This document shows, piece by piece, positions 36,202 to 45,465 of a DNA stretch of 64,000 nt (the stretch's first letter is position 1; every line of letters begins with the position of its first letter). This DNA comes from a virus. A program made the position numbers and the translations under genes. The notes beneath the pieces were generated by a model that was given only the letters and a program-made list of their open reading frames with translations, made no database searches and had not been told where the DNA came from. The stretch is from positions 3,206 to 67,205 of the IMG/VR virus record IMGVR_UViG_3300044612_002737, one strand, 5' to 3'.

Positions 36202-36603
36202 ATGTCCTGCTCCGGCTCTGGCGGCGGCGCCGCTTCCTGTACCTCCATCGGCAACGTCTTCGTAGTGACCGGTTCGGTCACCAACTTCGCGGCCACGACG
36301 GACGTCATCATCGACACGGGCGGCGGTCTCGCGACCGTGAACGTCCTGCGCGTGAAGGTGAAGTGGACCGCGGGCACCGCGACGACGTTCACGCCTCGCC
36401 TCTACAACCTCGCGGCTGCGGCGTCCGGCAGCATCAACATGCAGTTCGAGGGGAGCTCGACCGCGGTCGCGTCGCTCTTCGATGTGGCAGCCAGCGGCTG
36501 TGTGTTCCAGACGGACACCTCGGGCCAGTTCTTCCTCGAGCCCGGCCCGAACGCTGGCGCTGACAACAGCTTCACCTACGAGATCTCCTACGAGGTGGTG
36601 TGA
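36202..36603 (+). CDS. putative structural protein (133 aa)
   Basis: GAGG RBS; beta-rich. Confidence 0.65.
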   Translation: MSCSGSGGGAASCTSIGNVFVVTGSVTNFAATTDVIIDTGGGLATVNVLRVKVKWTAGTATTFTPRLYNLAAAASGSINMQFEGSSTAVASLFDVAASGCVFQTDTSGQFFLEPGPNAGADNSFTYEISYEVV

Positions 36604-37289
36604 TGGCAGGCACTCAGGTCCTTCCGACTCCCCCTGCGGGCGGTGGGGGCGGCGGTGGCGGCACTCCCGCAACGTCCGTCGTCAGCGAAACGAGTCCGGG
36701 ACAAAGCCCGGCCGTCGGGACTTCGACCGACTACGCGCGTGCGGACCACACGCACGGAACGCCCGCTGCGGGTGCCCCTGTGGGTGCGCAGTACGTCACG
36801 CTGGCGACCGACGCGACGCTGACCAACGAGCGCGTGCTGGCGGTGACCAGCGGCGACCTCACGCAGACGGACGGCGGTGCCGGCGGCAACGTCACGCTGG
36901 GCCTCGCCACGGTCGGCACTGTCACCCCCGGCGCCTACACCAACGCGAACGTGACGGTGGACGCGAAGGGCCGCGTGACGGCGGCGGCGAACGGCACGGC
37001 GCCGGTCACGTCGCACCCAGCGCTTACGACGCTGGGCTGGAGCGCCTCGGGCCACACGGGGACGACGAACAGCGTGGCGTGCTTCAGCAACACCGGAGCC
37101 GCGCTCACGGCGCAGGCGACGGTTGACGGGACCGTCCTCTCCTTCACGGGGGGAACGCTCCAGTTCGTCGCGATGACCGCGGCGGTGGCGCTCGTCAGCT
37201 CGCGAAGCATCAGCGTCGAGTATCTTCCGCTCGGCGCAGACGTTGTCTCACCAGCAACGGCGGTAGCCGTCGCGGGAACGGTGGTTTAA
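36603..37289 (+). CDS. tail fibre protein
   Basis: YARADHTH and GAYTNANVTVDAKGRVTAA fibre motifs. Confidence 0.75.
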   Translation: MAGTQVLPTPPAGGGGGGGGTPATSVVSETSPGQSPAVGTSTDYARADHTHGTPAAGAPVGAQYVTLATDATLTNERVLAVTSGDLTQTDGGAGGNVTLGLATVGTVTPGAYTNANVTVDAKGRVTAAANGTAPVTSHPALTTLGWSASGHTGTTNSVACFSNTGAALTAQATVDGTVLSFTGGTLQFVAMTAAVALVSSRSISVEYLPLGADVVSPATAVAVAGTVV

Positions 37290-38330
37290 ATGCCTCTACC
37301 TACGCTCCACTGGCGCATGCTTCCCCCCGTCTTCCTGCCGCTCGGAACCGCAGCCGAGTTAATGGACGCCATCTACACGATGGGCACGTCCACGGTCTAC
37401 GCAGACGGCTCGGCACGTAGCCCCGGCACGTTCGCGTCCCCCGGCACCGCGAGCCTCCCGGCGAGCGTCGGGACGGGCTCGGCGTGGACGTGGAACTTCG
37501 ACAACACGACGTTCTCGACGGGCGCGAAGACGTGCTGCTACGCGTACCCGCCGACGACGACGGCCATCAACCAGACCGTCATCGTAGGATGCACGTCGTC
37601 CGTCACGGGCGCAACGTGGCTCCAGAATCAACTGGACACTCGCGCCGTGAACCAGGTTCTCGTCGGATGTGCGAAGGGAACGGGCGTCTACACGACGTGG
37701 AACACCGCGGGCACACCGTTCACGTCGGGCAACTTCACCGGCTTCTCTACGGTTGGTGCGTCAGGTCTCGTCTTCTCGCAGGTCTTTATGCTGGAGAGCG
37801 AAGAGGCAGTGCTGATCATCCTGGCGCGGTCGGGTGGCGGAACGCACATGGGCTGCATGGGCGCGTTTGTCGATCCTCTCTCGGCGTCTACGACGAACGC
37901 CGAAACAGACGGTCGGCTCTACGGTACTGCGAATACTGGGTCCAGCAGCGGAACGGCAGCAAGCACGGCGTCTGCGTGGTTGTCGCTTACAACCACGTCG
38001 ACCGACGCGGTGCCGTTCTACAACAGCACCACGGCCAATGCGCAGCACTTCACCCTGTTTACGCCGGGAGCTGGAACGCTGATGCTGTCGCAGCGATTCG
38101 GGACGTTCAGTCCGACGTTCAACACGCAGTCACGCAACGGCGACAACCCCAGCATCCCGTTTCAGGTGACGACAACCGCAGGCGCCTATCTCGGGCAGCT
38201 TCGTCAGATCTCCATCTGTCGAGAGTTCGCCGCTGCGGGGCAAGCTCTCGCATCTACTGCGGGGGTCAAGGGATACACCTACTCAGCATCGACGAACAGC
38301 GTTAGCGACACGTTGTTCCTGGCGTACTGA
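37290..38330 (+). CDS. putative receptor-binding protein, paralogue 1
   Basis: T/S/G-rich; clearly similar to 38334-39347. Confidence 0.7.
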   Translation: MPLPTLHWRMLPPVFLPLGTAAELMDAIYTMGTSTVYADGSARSPGTFASPGTASLPASVGTGSAWTWNFDNTTFSTGAKTCCYAYPPTTTAINQTVIVGCTSSVTGATWLQNQLDTRAVNQVLVGCAKGTGVYTTWNTAGTPFTSGNFTGFSTVGASGLVFSQVFMLESEEAVLIILARSGGGTHMGCMGAFVDPLSASTTNAETDGRLYGTANTGSSSGTAASTASAWLSLTTTSTDAVPFYNSTTANAQHFTLFTPGAGTLMLSQRFGTFSPTFNTQSRNGDNPSIPFQVTTTAGAYLGQLRQISICREFAAAGQALASTAGVKGYTYSASTNSVSDTLFLAY

Positions 38331-38333
38331 ACC

Positions 38334-39347
38334 ATGCCGCTCCCCACCCTCAACTGGCGGCGCCTCGCTCCCGTGAATCTCGCGGCGAGCACCGTGAACG
38401 ACATGCTGGACGCCATCTACACGGCGGGGACGGCGGTTACCTACGCGAACGGAAGCACGCGCACGCCGGGTGTAGACTGCGCATGGACGTGGAGCCGCGA
38501 CACGGCGAACGCGCTTCAGCCGGGGGCGACGACAGCTGCGTGGGGTACTCCACCTACGTCGTTCCCTGGTGTGACGAACCCCGGTACGGTGATCCCACAG
38601 ACGGTCATCTGGTCGGGCAGTACGGCGGCGCCCACTGCCACCCTGCAATACACCTCGACCACGTCGGACGCTCGCTTGGCGAACCTGATCTACGTAGGTC
38701 AGTGCAAGAACCCCGGCGCGTACTCTAACTGGAACAGCGCAACGCCCTTCACGACGGGCCAGTTCACGGGCTTCGCGACGGCGGCAGCGCTTCCGTCAGC
38801 GGCTGTGTGGGGTCAGATGCAGATGTACGAGTCGCAGGAAGCCGTCGTCGTGCTGTTCTGGCGCGGCGCGGCAAACGTGCAGACCTCGTCGTCCATCGCT
38901 GGGGCGTTCATCGATCCAGGCTCAGCGTCTTCATCCGTAAGCGAGACCGATGGTCGGCTCTACGGGCTAGCGTCCAGCGGTTCGAACAACTACAACTCCG
39001 CGACGTTCCTTTCGGCGACGTCCGACGCCCTGTTCCACGAAGCGAGCGTGTCGACCAACTCCCGTTGTGGGTTCTGCGCCCCAGGCACTGCGACCATCAA
39101 CGGGCTGCGTCGGTTTGGCAGCTTCACTCCAGGCGCGGGTACGCTGCTGACGAACGGAGAGATTCCGTTGCTGCCGTGCTACGCGGCGTCCATCTCGACT
39201 TTCACCGTCTCGCGGCTGCGTGAGATCTTCATCGTGCGCGACCTTCTCGCCTCTCAGCGCATTCAGGTTGGAGGCGTTGACTACGCCTACATCCTCGGCG
39301 CCAACTGGCAGACCACGGCGGCAGACGCCCTCGCCCTCAAGGTGTGA
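38334..39347 (+). CDS. putative receptor-binding protein, paralogue 2
   Basis: Shares MPLPTL.WR, DAIYT.GT, ES.EAV, GAF.DP and ETDGRLYG with paralogue 1. Confidence 0.7.
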   Translation: MPLPTLNWRRLAPVNLAASTVNDMLDAIYTAGTAVTYANGSTRTPGVDCAWTWSRDTANALQPGATTAAWGTPPTSFPGVTNPGTVIPQTVIWSGSTAAPTATLQYTSTTSDARLANLIYVGQCKNPGAYSNWNSATPFTTGQFTGFATAAALPSAAVWGQMQMYESQEAVVVLFWRGAANVQTSSSIAGAFIDPGSASSSVSETDGRLYGLASSGSNNYNSATFLSATSDALFHEASVSTNSRCGFCAPGTATINGLRRFGSFTPGAGTLLTNGEIPLLPCYAASISTFTVSRLREIFIVRDLLASQRIQVGGVDYAYILGANWQTTAADALALKV

Positions 39348-39349
39348 CC

Positions 39350-39568
39350 ATGACTCCGTTCAAGATCCAGTGCTGGGACGCATACAACGCTGCGCCGGGT
39401 ACGGCGAGCATGACCGTCTACGCCGACTACGCGCACTACCTCAACGAGCCGTGCGTCAACGACCCCGGCCCGCTCCCGGTGCCGTGGACGACGGTGCCCG
39501 ATGCGGTCATCGGGTGCTGGGCCGCGGACGGGTCGAACCTTCTCCTCACCACGGTACAGGGAGTCTGA
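39350..39568 (+). CDS. small tail-associated protein, possibly an assembly chaperone
   Basis: Directly follows the fibre genes. Confidence 0.55.
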   Translation: MTPFKIQCWDAYNAAPGTASMTVYADYAHYLNEPCVNDPGPLPVPWTTVPDAVIGCWAADGSNLLLTTVQGV

Positions 39569-39569
39569 C

Positions 39570-39758
39570 ATGCCCATCACCCAAGACGAGATGATCGACA
39601 TCGGCACCGACGCCTACGAGCTCGCGCTCTTCCTCCAGAAGTCGCTGAAGGTCGACCCCGACGGGAAGAAGCGGCTCGACAAGGAGGAGATGAAGGTGCT
39701 GCTCCGCGCGCACCTCGTCCCTCTCGTCGCGAAGCTCACTCGCGACCTGATCGACTAA
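39570..39758 (+). CDS. hypothetical protein (62 aa)
   Basis: GGGAG RBS; typical codon usage. Confidence 0.65.
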   Translation: MPITQDEMIDIGTDAYELALFLQKSLKVDPDGKKRLDKEEMKVLLRAHLVPLVAKLTRDLID

Positions 39759-39761
39759 CCC

Positions 39762-40250
39762 ATGTCTATTCAGGTCTACCCTTCTCGTAGGCACGCTCTC
39801 GCCTACGGTTCGTACTCTGACAGCACGAGCCAGCCGCTTACGGCGAGTACGGTAACCTACGTCAAGTTCAACACCGTTGAGGCGCAGCAGTTCGTGTCTG
39901 TGCAGAACGACGGTTCTGGATTCCCGACCAAGATCGTCGTCGGCACTTCTGGAGTCTTCTCGTTCACCGTCTCTCCGCAGCTCTTGCACGGAGGTGGTGG
40001 TTCGGCGGTCGTTGACTTCTGGGCCGTGGTAAACGGTACGACAGTGCCAAGGTCTGCATCTAGGGTGCGTCTGCCCAACAACACGGAAACGCTTCCGTTC
40101 TTCGAGATCATCCTCACAATGACCGTAGGCGATGCCTTTCAGTGGGCGTTTTACAGCACTAGTTCTACCGTATCCATCTATGCTACGGCAGCATCTCCAC
40201 CTATTCCAGCCGCACCTAGCGTAATCGCTGGCGTGAAGCAGATCGAGTAG
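39762..40250 (+). CDS. putative fibre-tip-like beta protein, lower GC
   Basis: AYGSYSDSTSQ..VKFNT..GVFSFTVSPQL pattern; atypical codons. Confidence 0.65.
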   Translation: MSIQVYPSRRHALAYGSYSDSTSQPLTASTVTYVKFNTVEAQQFVSVQNDGSGFPTKIVVGTSGVFSFTVSPQLLHGGGGSAVVDFWAVVNGTTVPRSASRVRLPNNTETLPFFEIILTMTVGDAFQWAFYSTSSTVSIYATAASPPIPAAPSVIAGVKQIE

Positions 40251-40254
40251 TCGC

Positions 40255-40905
40255 ATGGACACGGCGGACACCGGCCTTGCGGGCTGCGGCTTGTGGGCCG
40301 GTGTTCGCCTGCTTCTGACCGGAGAAACGGCGGAGCAGCTCAAGGGATGCTACATCCCTGTCGGCACGACCTTCTACTTCACCTACGAGGAGGACTCCGG
40401 CATGGACCCTACCGTTGCACCGACCCCAGAGCCCGCGTTCACCGGCCCACCGGCCGCGCTTCCCGCCGAGCCGGTTGCTCCTCAAAGCGCACCCGCCCCA
40501 CAGCCCTCCGGTAACACGGTCGTGGCCGAAACGCCCGTGCCCACCGCAGATAATCTCGGCGATCTGGCGCAGAAGGTCGACGACCCTGTTCTGGTTGTGA
40601 CGCTCGCCATCATCGCGCTGCTCGGTGTGGGCCTCTGGAAGCACCTCGGCAAGGTGGCCGACCAGAAGTCCGCGCTCGAGATGAAGAAGCTCGAGATCGA
40701 AGCCGACAGCGTGAAGCGCACACCCAAGGCGCAACCACCCCCGTGCCAGGCCGCGAACACCGCGCTCGAGGCGAAGATCTCCGCGCTTGAGGCACGACTG
40801 GGAAAGGTGGAAAGTTCCTCGCTCGCACTTCCCGCCGGCTTCGACGCCGAAGAGCTGGACGAGCGTGTGCGCAAGCTCGAGCTCGAGCGCATCAAGAAAG
40901 ACTAG
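40255..40905 (+). CDS. membrane coiled-coil protein (lysis accessory candidate); alternative start 40402
   Basis: One TM segment then coiled coil; precedes endolysin; GAGGAGG before ATG 40402. Confidence 0.6.
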   Translation: MDTADTGLAGCGLWAGVRLLLTGETAEQLKGCYIPVGTTFYFTYEEDSGMDPTVAPTPEPAFTGPPAALPAEPVAPQSAPAPQPSGNTVVAETPVPTADNLGDLAQKVDDPVLVVTLAIIALLGVGLWKHLGKVADQKSALEMKKLEIEADSVKRTPKAQPPPCQAANTALEAKISALEARLGKVESSSLALPAGFDAEELDERVRKLELERIKKD

Positions 40906-40913
40906 GAGACACC

Positions 40914-41624
40914 ATGAGCATCACCCCCGCCCAGAAGCACGCCATCGACTGCATCGTCTCGATCTTCGAGACGGGGCGCATCCCCACGGCCGCGGCCTAC
41001 GCGACCTGCACGATCCTGCCCGACGGCGCCGGCATCAGCTACGGCAAGCACCAGTCGACCGACCGGGCCGGTAGCCTGGACAAGGTCGTGCAGCGCTACA
41101 TCGAGCTCGGCGGCCAGCACGCGGCGGCGTTCCGCCCGATGCTGCCGTACTTCGCCTCGAACAAGAGCGCGACGGAGCCCCCGAAGGGGCCGTGGAGCGC
41201 CGAGACCACCGCGGCGGTGAACCTGCTGAAGCAGGCCGCGGCGGACCCCATCATGCACAAGGCGCAGGACGAGGTGTTCGACACCAACTACTGGCTCCCT
41301 GCGGTCAACATCTGCAAGGACGCGAAGATGGTCACGCCGCTCGCGCATGCGGTGGTCTACGACGGGCTCATCCACGGCGGCTTCCAGGTCGTGCGCAACC
41401 GCTTCGCCGCAGTGCCGCCGGCGAAGGGCGGTGACGAGAAGACGTGGGTGAAGGAGTACCTGAAGGCGCGGCGAGCGTGGCTCATGGCGAGCGCCAACGA
41501 GCTGCTGCGCCGCACCGTGTACCGGCAGGACGTGTTCGAGGCGATCATCGCCACGGGCAACTGGAACCTGACGCTGCCCCTCACGGTGCGCAGCGTCGTG
41601 ATCCCAGCTCTCCCGAACGCCTAG
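40914..41624 (+). CDS. endolysin, GH46 chitosanase-like (lysozyme superfamily)
   Basis: IVSIFETG..DGAGISYGKHQST..AVVYDGLIHGG..YLKARRAW. Confidence 0.8.
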   Translation: MSITPAQKHAIDCIVSIFETGRIPTAAAYATCTILPDGAGISYGKHQSTDRAGSLDKVVQRYIELGGQHAAAFRPMLPYFASNKSATEPPKGPWSAETTAAVNLLKQAAADPIMHKAQDEVFDTNYWLPAVNICKDAKMVTPLAHAVVYDGLIHGGFQVVRNRFAAVPPAKGGDEKTWVKEYLKARRAWLMASANELLRRTVYRQDVFEAIIATGNWNLTLPLTVRSVVIPALPNA

Positions 41625-41899
41625 ACGTAGACCGGCGTGTTCGGCCCGAGGTAGGCACAGAACGTGTTGAACTCGTGCCACTCGAGCGCCGTGTCGTAGT
41701 CCATCCCCTCGTGGAAGACCGCCTGCTCAACGACGAGCTCGCGGTCGTACACGAGGAACATCTGGCCCTGCCGACTGCCGACGCCGATGGCGAAGGCGAT
41801 GACGGCGGGGTCGTAGACGTCCGCGGGGTCCATGCGCAGCACCTCGCCGTGCGTGTCGGCGAGGGCGTCGATCTCGGGGTTGCGGCGCTTCTCAGCCAT
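41621..41899 (-). CDS. conserved phage hypothetical protein
   Basis: YDPAVI..VYD..GMDYDTALEWHEFNTFCAYLGPNTP family pattern; GAGG RBS. Confidence 0.75.
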   Translation of the reverse strand: MAEKRRNPEIDALADTHGEVLRMDPADVYDPAVIAFAIGVGSRQGQMFLVYDRELVVEQAVFHEGMDYDTALEWHEFNTFCAYLGPNTPVYV

Positions 41900-42215
41900 C
41901 GGACACCTCGTTCTTGGTGCGGACACCGAGGCGGGCGCCTTCGGCCAGGTCCACGAGGTGCGCGACCCACTCCGAGGGCGTGGTCGGCTCGCCGGGCAGC
42001 CCCGAGGGCGTCGTGGCGAACGCCGTACCGAAGCCGCGGACGTGGCGCAGGGTCGGCATGCGGATGCCGTGGATCACGCGCGAGACCTCGGGCTGCGTGA
42101 GCCCGCCGCGGCGAGCGAGCTCGGCGAAGGACCAGTGGCGCGCCTTGCGGTGGCGTTCGACGAGTAGGATGAAGGGGTCACTCTCGGGTGAGATGACGGA
42201 CTTGATTTCGGACAC
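41892..42215 (-). CDS. XRE-family HTH transcriptional regulator
   Basis: WSFAELARRGGLTQPEVSRVIHGIRMPT; AAGGAGG RBS, GTG start. Confidence 0.85.
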   Translation of the reverse strand: MSEIKSVISPESDPFILLVERHRKARHWSFAELARRGGLTQPEVSRVIHGIRMPTLRHVRGFGTAFATTPSGLPGEPTTPSEWVAHLVDLAEGARLGVRTKNEVSDG

Positions 42216-42236
42216 GGGAGCCTCCTTGGCTGTTGG

Positions 42237-42300
42237 AGCCTACCCTACCCGAACCGGAGCGTCAACTTTCCTTGACAGGGTGGTTGAGGGCCGATACCTC
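42237..42300. promoter_or_regulatory. back-to-back promoters: leftward TTGACG-N17-TAGGCT, rightward TTGACA-N17-TACCTC
   Basis: -35 boxes at 42260-65 (-) and 42272-77 (+). Confidence 0.65.
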
Positions 42301-42321
42301 TGGAGCACCACCGAGAGGACC

Positions 42322-44253
42322 ATGAGCATCAGCAGCATGTGGGACCAGCCCCACTACACCTACAGAGTCGCCCCCGACTACGCCCAGCACGCCGCTGCCG
42401 TAGAGACGCACTGTCCCGGCACACTCGCATGGGCGGTGCGCGGTCGTCGTCGCTATCGCCTCACTCGTAACGAGTGGCCCGACGATGGGCTACCCTCGCA
42501 CGTCGAGATCTACGCACCTGTGCACGCGGCGTTCGTCGTCGAGCACTTCCTCAACGGCTGGGGCGTCTCGTTCGCCGCAGAGGAGCGGATGGGCGCGGCG
42601 GCGGTTCTGCCGTGGCCCACGACCCCGGAAGCACTGGACCGCTGCGCTCGCCAAGGGGCGGACCTCATCGCGCAAGAAGTGAAGCTGGGAGAGCTCAAGC
42701 CTCACGTCGCCGACATGGCGACGCCGTACCAGAAGCGCAGCGCAGCCTGGGCCGCGAGCCGTCCGTGGGTCATGAACGTGTGGCCCTGCGGCAGCGGCAA
42801 GACCGTGGGCGCGCTCATCGACGCGCTGACGCGCGAGGGCACCGTCCTCGTCATCTGCCCGGCCAAAGCCCGCCACGTCTGGTGGACGCAGGTCCAGCAG
42901 TACACGAACATCCTGCCGTGGCGCCTCATCCCTGAGAGCGAGCGGCGCAAGAAGGACATGACGTGGCAGCAGTACGAGGCGCACTGCGCCGAGACGCGCC
43001 AGCGCCGGTTCATCATCGTCGGGGCCGAGAGCCTCAACGACAACGCCGAGTTCGTGATGAACCTCAGCCCCGAGGTCCTCATCCTCGACGAGCTGCACAT
43101 CCACGGGCAGAGCAAGCGCTGGAAGGCCGTGCAGGAGAAGGACGGCAAGGTCGGCTTCACCCGCCGCCAGACCGCCAGCGGCGACAAGGACGCGTGGTCG
43201 GTCGCCATCATGGACATCAGCCGGCTGCCGAGCCTGAGCCTGCGTGTGGGCCTCACCGCCACGCCGCTCGACGACGGGCGCCCCAAGCGCCTCTGGGCGC
43301 AGCTCGACCTGCTCACCCCGGGCGGCTTCGCGCACAGCTACCGGCGCTTCGCGGAGCGCTACTGCGACGCGGTGCCGAACCCCTACGGCGGCATCGACGA
43401 CAAGGGCAGCAGCAACATCGAGGAGCTCCGCGCCCGCTGCTCGTTCTTCACGCACGAGGTGCCCTACACCGAGAGCCACTCGAGCCTGCCCCCGACGCGC
43501 ATCCAGGTCGTCTACCTGCCGGTCTCCGCGCAGGACAAGCCGGAGCGCTACGATGACGCACAGACCTTCGATCAAGCCATCAAACAGCTTGCGCGACAGG
43601 CCCGAGGTGAGTATGAAGATGTGCCGGCGCGGGAACGTCTCATTGAGGCGCGTCTCGCGGAGGCGAGCAGTCGGAAGCGCAGCTACGTCGTCGCCGAGGT
43701 CCTTGAAGGGCTGAAGGGCGGGGGCAAGGTCATCGTGTTCACTGCACGCCGCCGGGAAGCCGAGCGCTGGGGCGACGCGATCCGCAAGGTCGTGAGCGCC
43801 AGCGACGAGGTGAAGAACGCGACGGTCTGGGTTGGGCACGGCGGCGTAAGCGAGCCGGAGCGCAACGATATGATCGACGGGTTCCGAAGCAGCGCCGGTC
43901 CCTGCTGTTTGGTGGGGACCGGCCAAGCCTTCGGGATCGCAGTGGACGGGATGCAGACCGCCGACCTCGCGATCTTCGCCATGCTTCCGTGGAAGCCCGG
44001 TGACTTCCTTCAGTGGCGTGGCCGGTTCGACCGGCATGGCGGACGGGCCACGCTGCTGAAGGTTGTCGTCGCGTCTGCGACCTACGACGAGCGCGTCGTC
44101 GAGATCCTCACCGACAAGTTCGGTCCCATCGAGCAGTTCCTCGAGGCGGACGAGCTCGACGGCATGGGCGAGAAGCTGCTCGGCATGGAAGACCGCGAGT
44201 CCCTCGTGGACGACGTGGTCGGCAAGCTGTTCGTCATGGACGAGGAGGACTAG
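42322..44253 (+). CDS. SF2 (SNF2-like) helicase
   Basis: WPCGSGKT, ILDELH, GLTATP, KVIVFT, QWRGRFDR. Confidence 0.88.
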   Translation: MSISSMWDQPHYTYRVAPDYAQHAAAVETHCPGTLAWAVRGRRRYRLTRNEWPDDGLPSHVEIYAPVHAAFVVEHFLNGWGVSFAAEERMGAAAVLPWPTTPEALDRCARQGADLIAQEVKLGELKPHVADMATPYQKRSAAWAASRPWVMNVWPCGSGKTVGALIDALTREGTVLVICPAKARHVWWTQVQQYTNILPWRLIPESERRKKDMTWQQYEAHCAETRQRRFIIVGAESLNDNAEFVMNLSPEVLILDELHIHGQSKRWKAVQEKDGKVGFTRRQTASGDKDAWSVAIMDISRLPSLSLRVGLTATPLDDGRPKRLWAQLDLLTPGGFAHSYRRFAERYCDAVPNPYGGIDDKGSSNIEELRARCSFFTHEVPYTESHSSLPPTRIQVVYLPVSAQDKPERYDDAQTFDQAIKQLARQARGEYEDVPARERLIEARLAEASSRKRSYVVAEVLEGLKGGGKVIVFTARRREAERWGDAIRKVVSASDEVKNATVWVGHGGVSEPERNDMIDGFRSSAGPCCLVGTGQAFGIAVDGMQTADLAIFAMLPWKPGDFLQWRGRFDRHGGRATLLKVVVASATYDERVVEILTDKFGPIEQFLEADELDGMGEKLLGMEDRESLVDDVVGKLFVMDEED

Positions 44254-44256
44254 GCC

Positions 44257-44448
44257 ATGCTGACATTGTGTGCTGACCCTCGCTGCACGGCGGCCGGCAA
44301 GTGCTGGCGCGCGCAGTACGAGCGATACGGCAACGCGCCCGGCCTGAACTACGGGCCGCGCTGCACTCCCGCTGTCGCCGACGCCTACCGTGCCGTCATC
44401 CGCAACTTGCATGTGGGCCTGGGCCTCACCAAGAAGGAGAAGCCATGA
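44257..44448 (+). CDS. hypothetical Cys-containing protein (63 aa)
   Basis: Fills operon gap; ATGA coupling downstream. Confidence 0.5.
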   Translation: MLTLCADPRCTAAGKCWRAQYERYGNAPGLNYGPRCTPAVADAYRAVIRNLHVGLGLTKKEKP

Positions 44449-45404
44449 AGATGCTCATCGACGCCGGCAAGTCGAGCCGCGGCTGGAGCCGCATCGGCAA
44501 CTTCGCGAAGTGCCCCCAGCTCTTCGCCTACCTCTACCGCATCGACGGCACGAACCTCGCGCCGCCCATCGAGGCGCTCGCCAAGGGGTCCATCGGGCAC
44601 ACGCTCCAGGCGCATCTGCACGCCATCTGGGGCGCAGGGCAGCCCCAGGGCGTGATGGTCGACGAGACCATGTACCACGACCCCAGCGTGTTCATGGACC
44701 CCGAGGACGCGGCGCAGGCGTGGTGCGACAAGTACGGCAGCCACGAGCTGCTGCCGCAGATGTTCAAGGTGTTCCGCGCCTACCTCGCGAAGTTCCCCGA
44801 GAGCCCCGGCGACGTCATCGCTGTCGAGGCCCCGGTCACCGCGGTGCTAGGCACCCTGCGCGGGCAGTGGGGTCTGTGGGTCGGGGAAGAGAGGGGCGGC
44901 GAGTGGCGGAGCCTTGATGGTGCCTGCATCGAGGTGACGCCGCTGCACATGCCCGACCACCGAGAACATGGGCGTCCGATCACGCTCACTCGCCGCATTG
45001 ACCTCGTAACACGCGACAAGTCCGGTCGCTACTACATCTGGGACCACAAGCACCAGGCCAGCGTGAACGGCAAGAGCAGCGCCGAAGCCTACGCCATCGA
45101 CGGCGGCTTCGCGGCGTTCCGCATCATGGGCAAGCAGCTCTACGGCGAGGCGTTCGGCGGCGTCTCGCTCAACCTCATCAGCTCGACCCAGCCCGGCAAG
45201 GTCGTGCGTGAGCAGGTCCCCTCGACGCCCCACCGCGACGCCGGCTACGCGAAGTGGCTGTGGTGGGCGGAGCACCAGATCGCGCAGCTCGACCTCACGA
45301 CCGATCCGTGGGAGTGGCCGAAGGCCCAGAACGAGCTCTCGTGTTATGGACGGTACGGAGCCTGTGCCGGGCTCAACCTCTGCTCCCTCGGCCCTCGGGC
45401 TTGA
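44445..45404 (+). CDS. PD-(D/E)XK exonuclease, Cas4/AddB-like with four Cys
   Basis: KCPQ, GSIGH, IAVE, RIDLV..IWDHK, C-terminal C..C..C. Confidence 0.8.
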   Translation: MKMLIDAGKSSRGWSRIGNFAKCPQLFAYLYRIDGTNLAPPIEALAKGSIGHTLQAHLHAIWGAGQPQGVMVDETMYHDPSVFMDPEDAAQAWCDKYGSHELLPQMFKVFRAYLAKFPESPGDVIAVEAPVTAVLGTLRGQWGLWVGEERGGEWRSLDGACIEVTPLHMPDHREHGRPITLTRRIDLVTRDKSGRYYIWDHKHQASVNGKSSAEAYAIDGGFAAFRIMGKQLYGEAFGGVSLNLISSTQPGKVVREQVPSTPHRDAGYAKWLWWAEHQIAQLDLTTDPWEWPKAQNELSCYGRYGACAGLNLCSLGPRA

Positions 45405-45465
45405 GGGTGCGCCTCGTCGTCTGTGGCCCTACGACGGGGTGGATCAACGGGCCGGAGACCACCAC

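Noticed and set aside
37290-39347. Diversity-generating retroelement or invertible fibre switch
   Set aside because: No reverse transcriptase, recombinase, adenine-specific template/variable pair or flanking inverted repeats seen
41892-42300. CI/Cro lysogeny switch, i.e. a prophage
   Set aside because: Only one HTH gene, with no peptidase domain; no integrase, att site, ParA or host genes in the window. Lifestyle remains unresolved
44445-45465. Cas4-like nuclease as a sign of CRISPR
   Set aside because: No repeat-spacer array or other cas gene; it sits in the usual exonuclease-Sak4-SSB recombination trio
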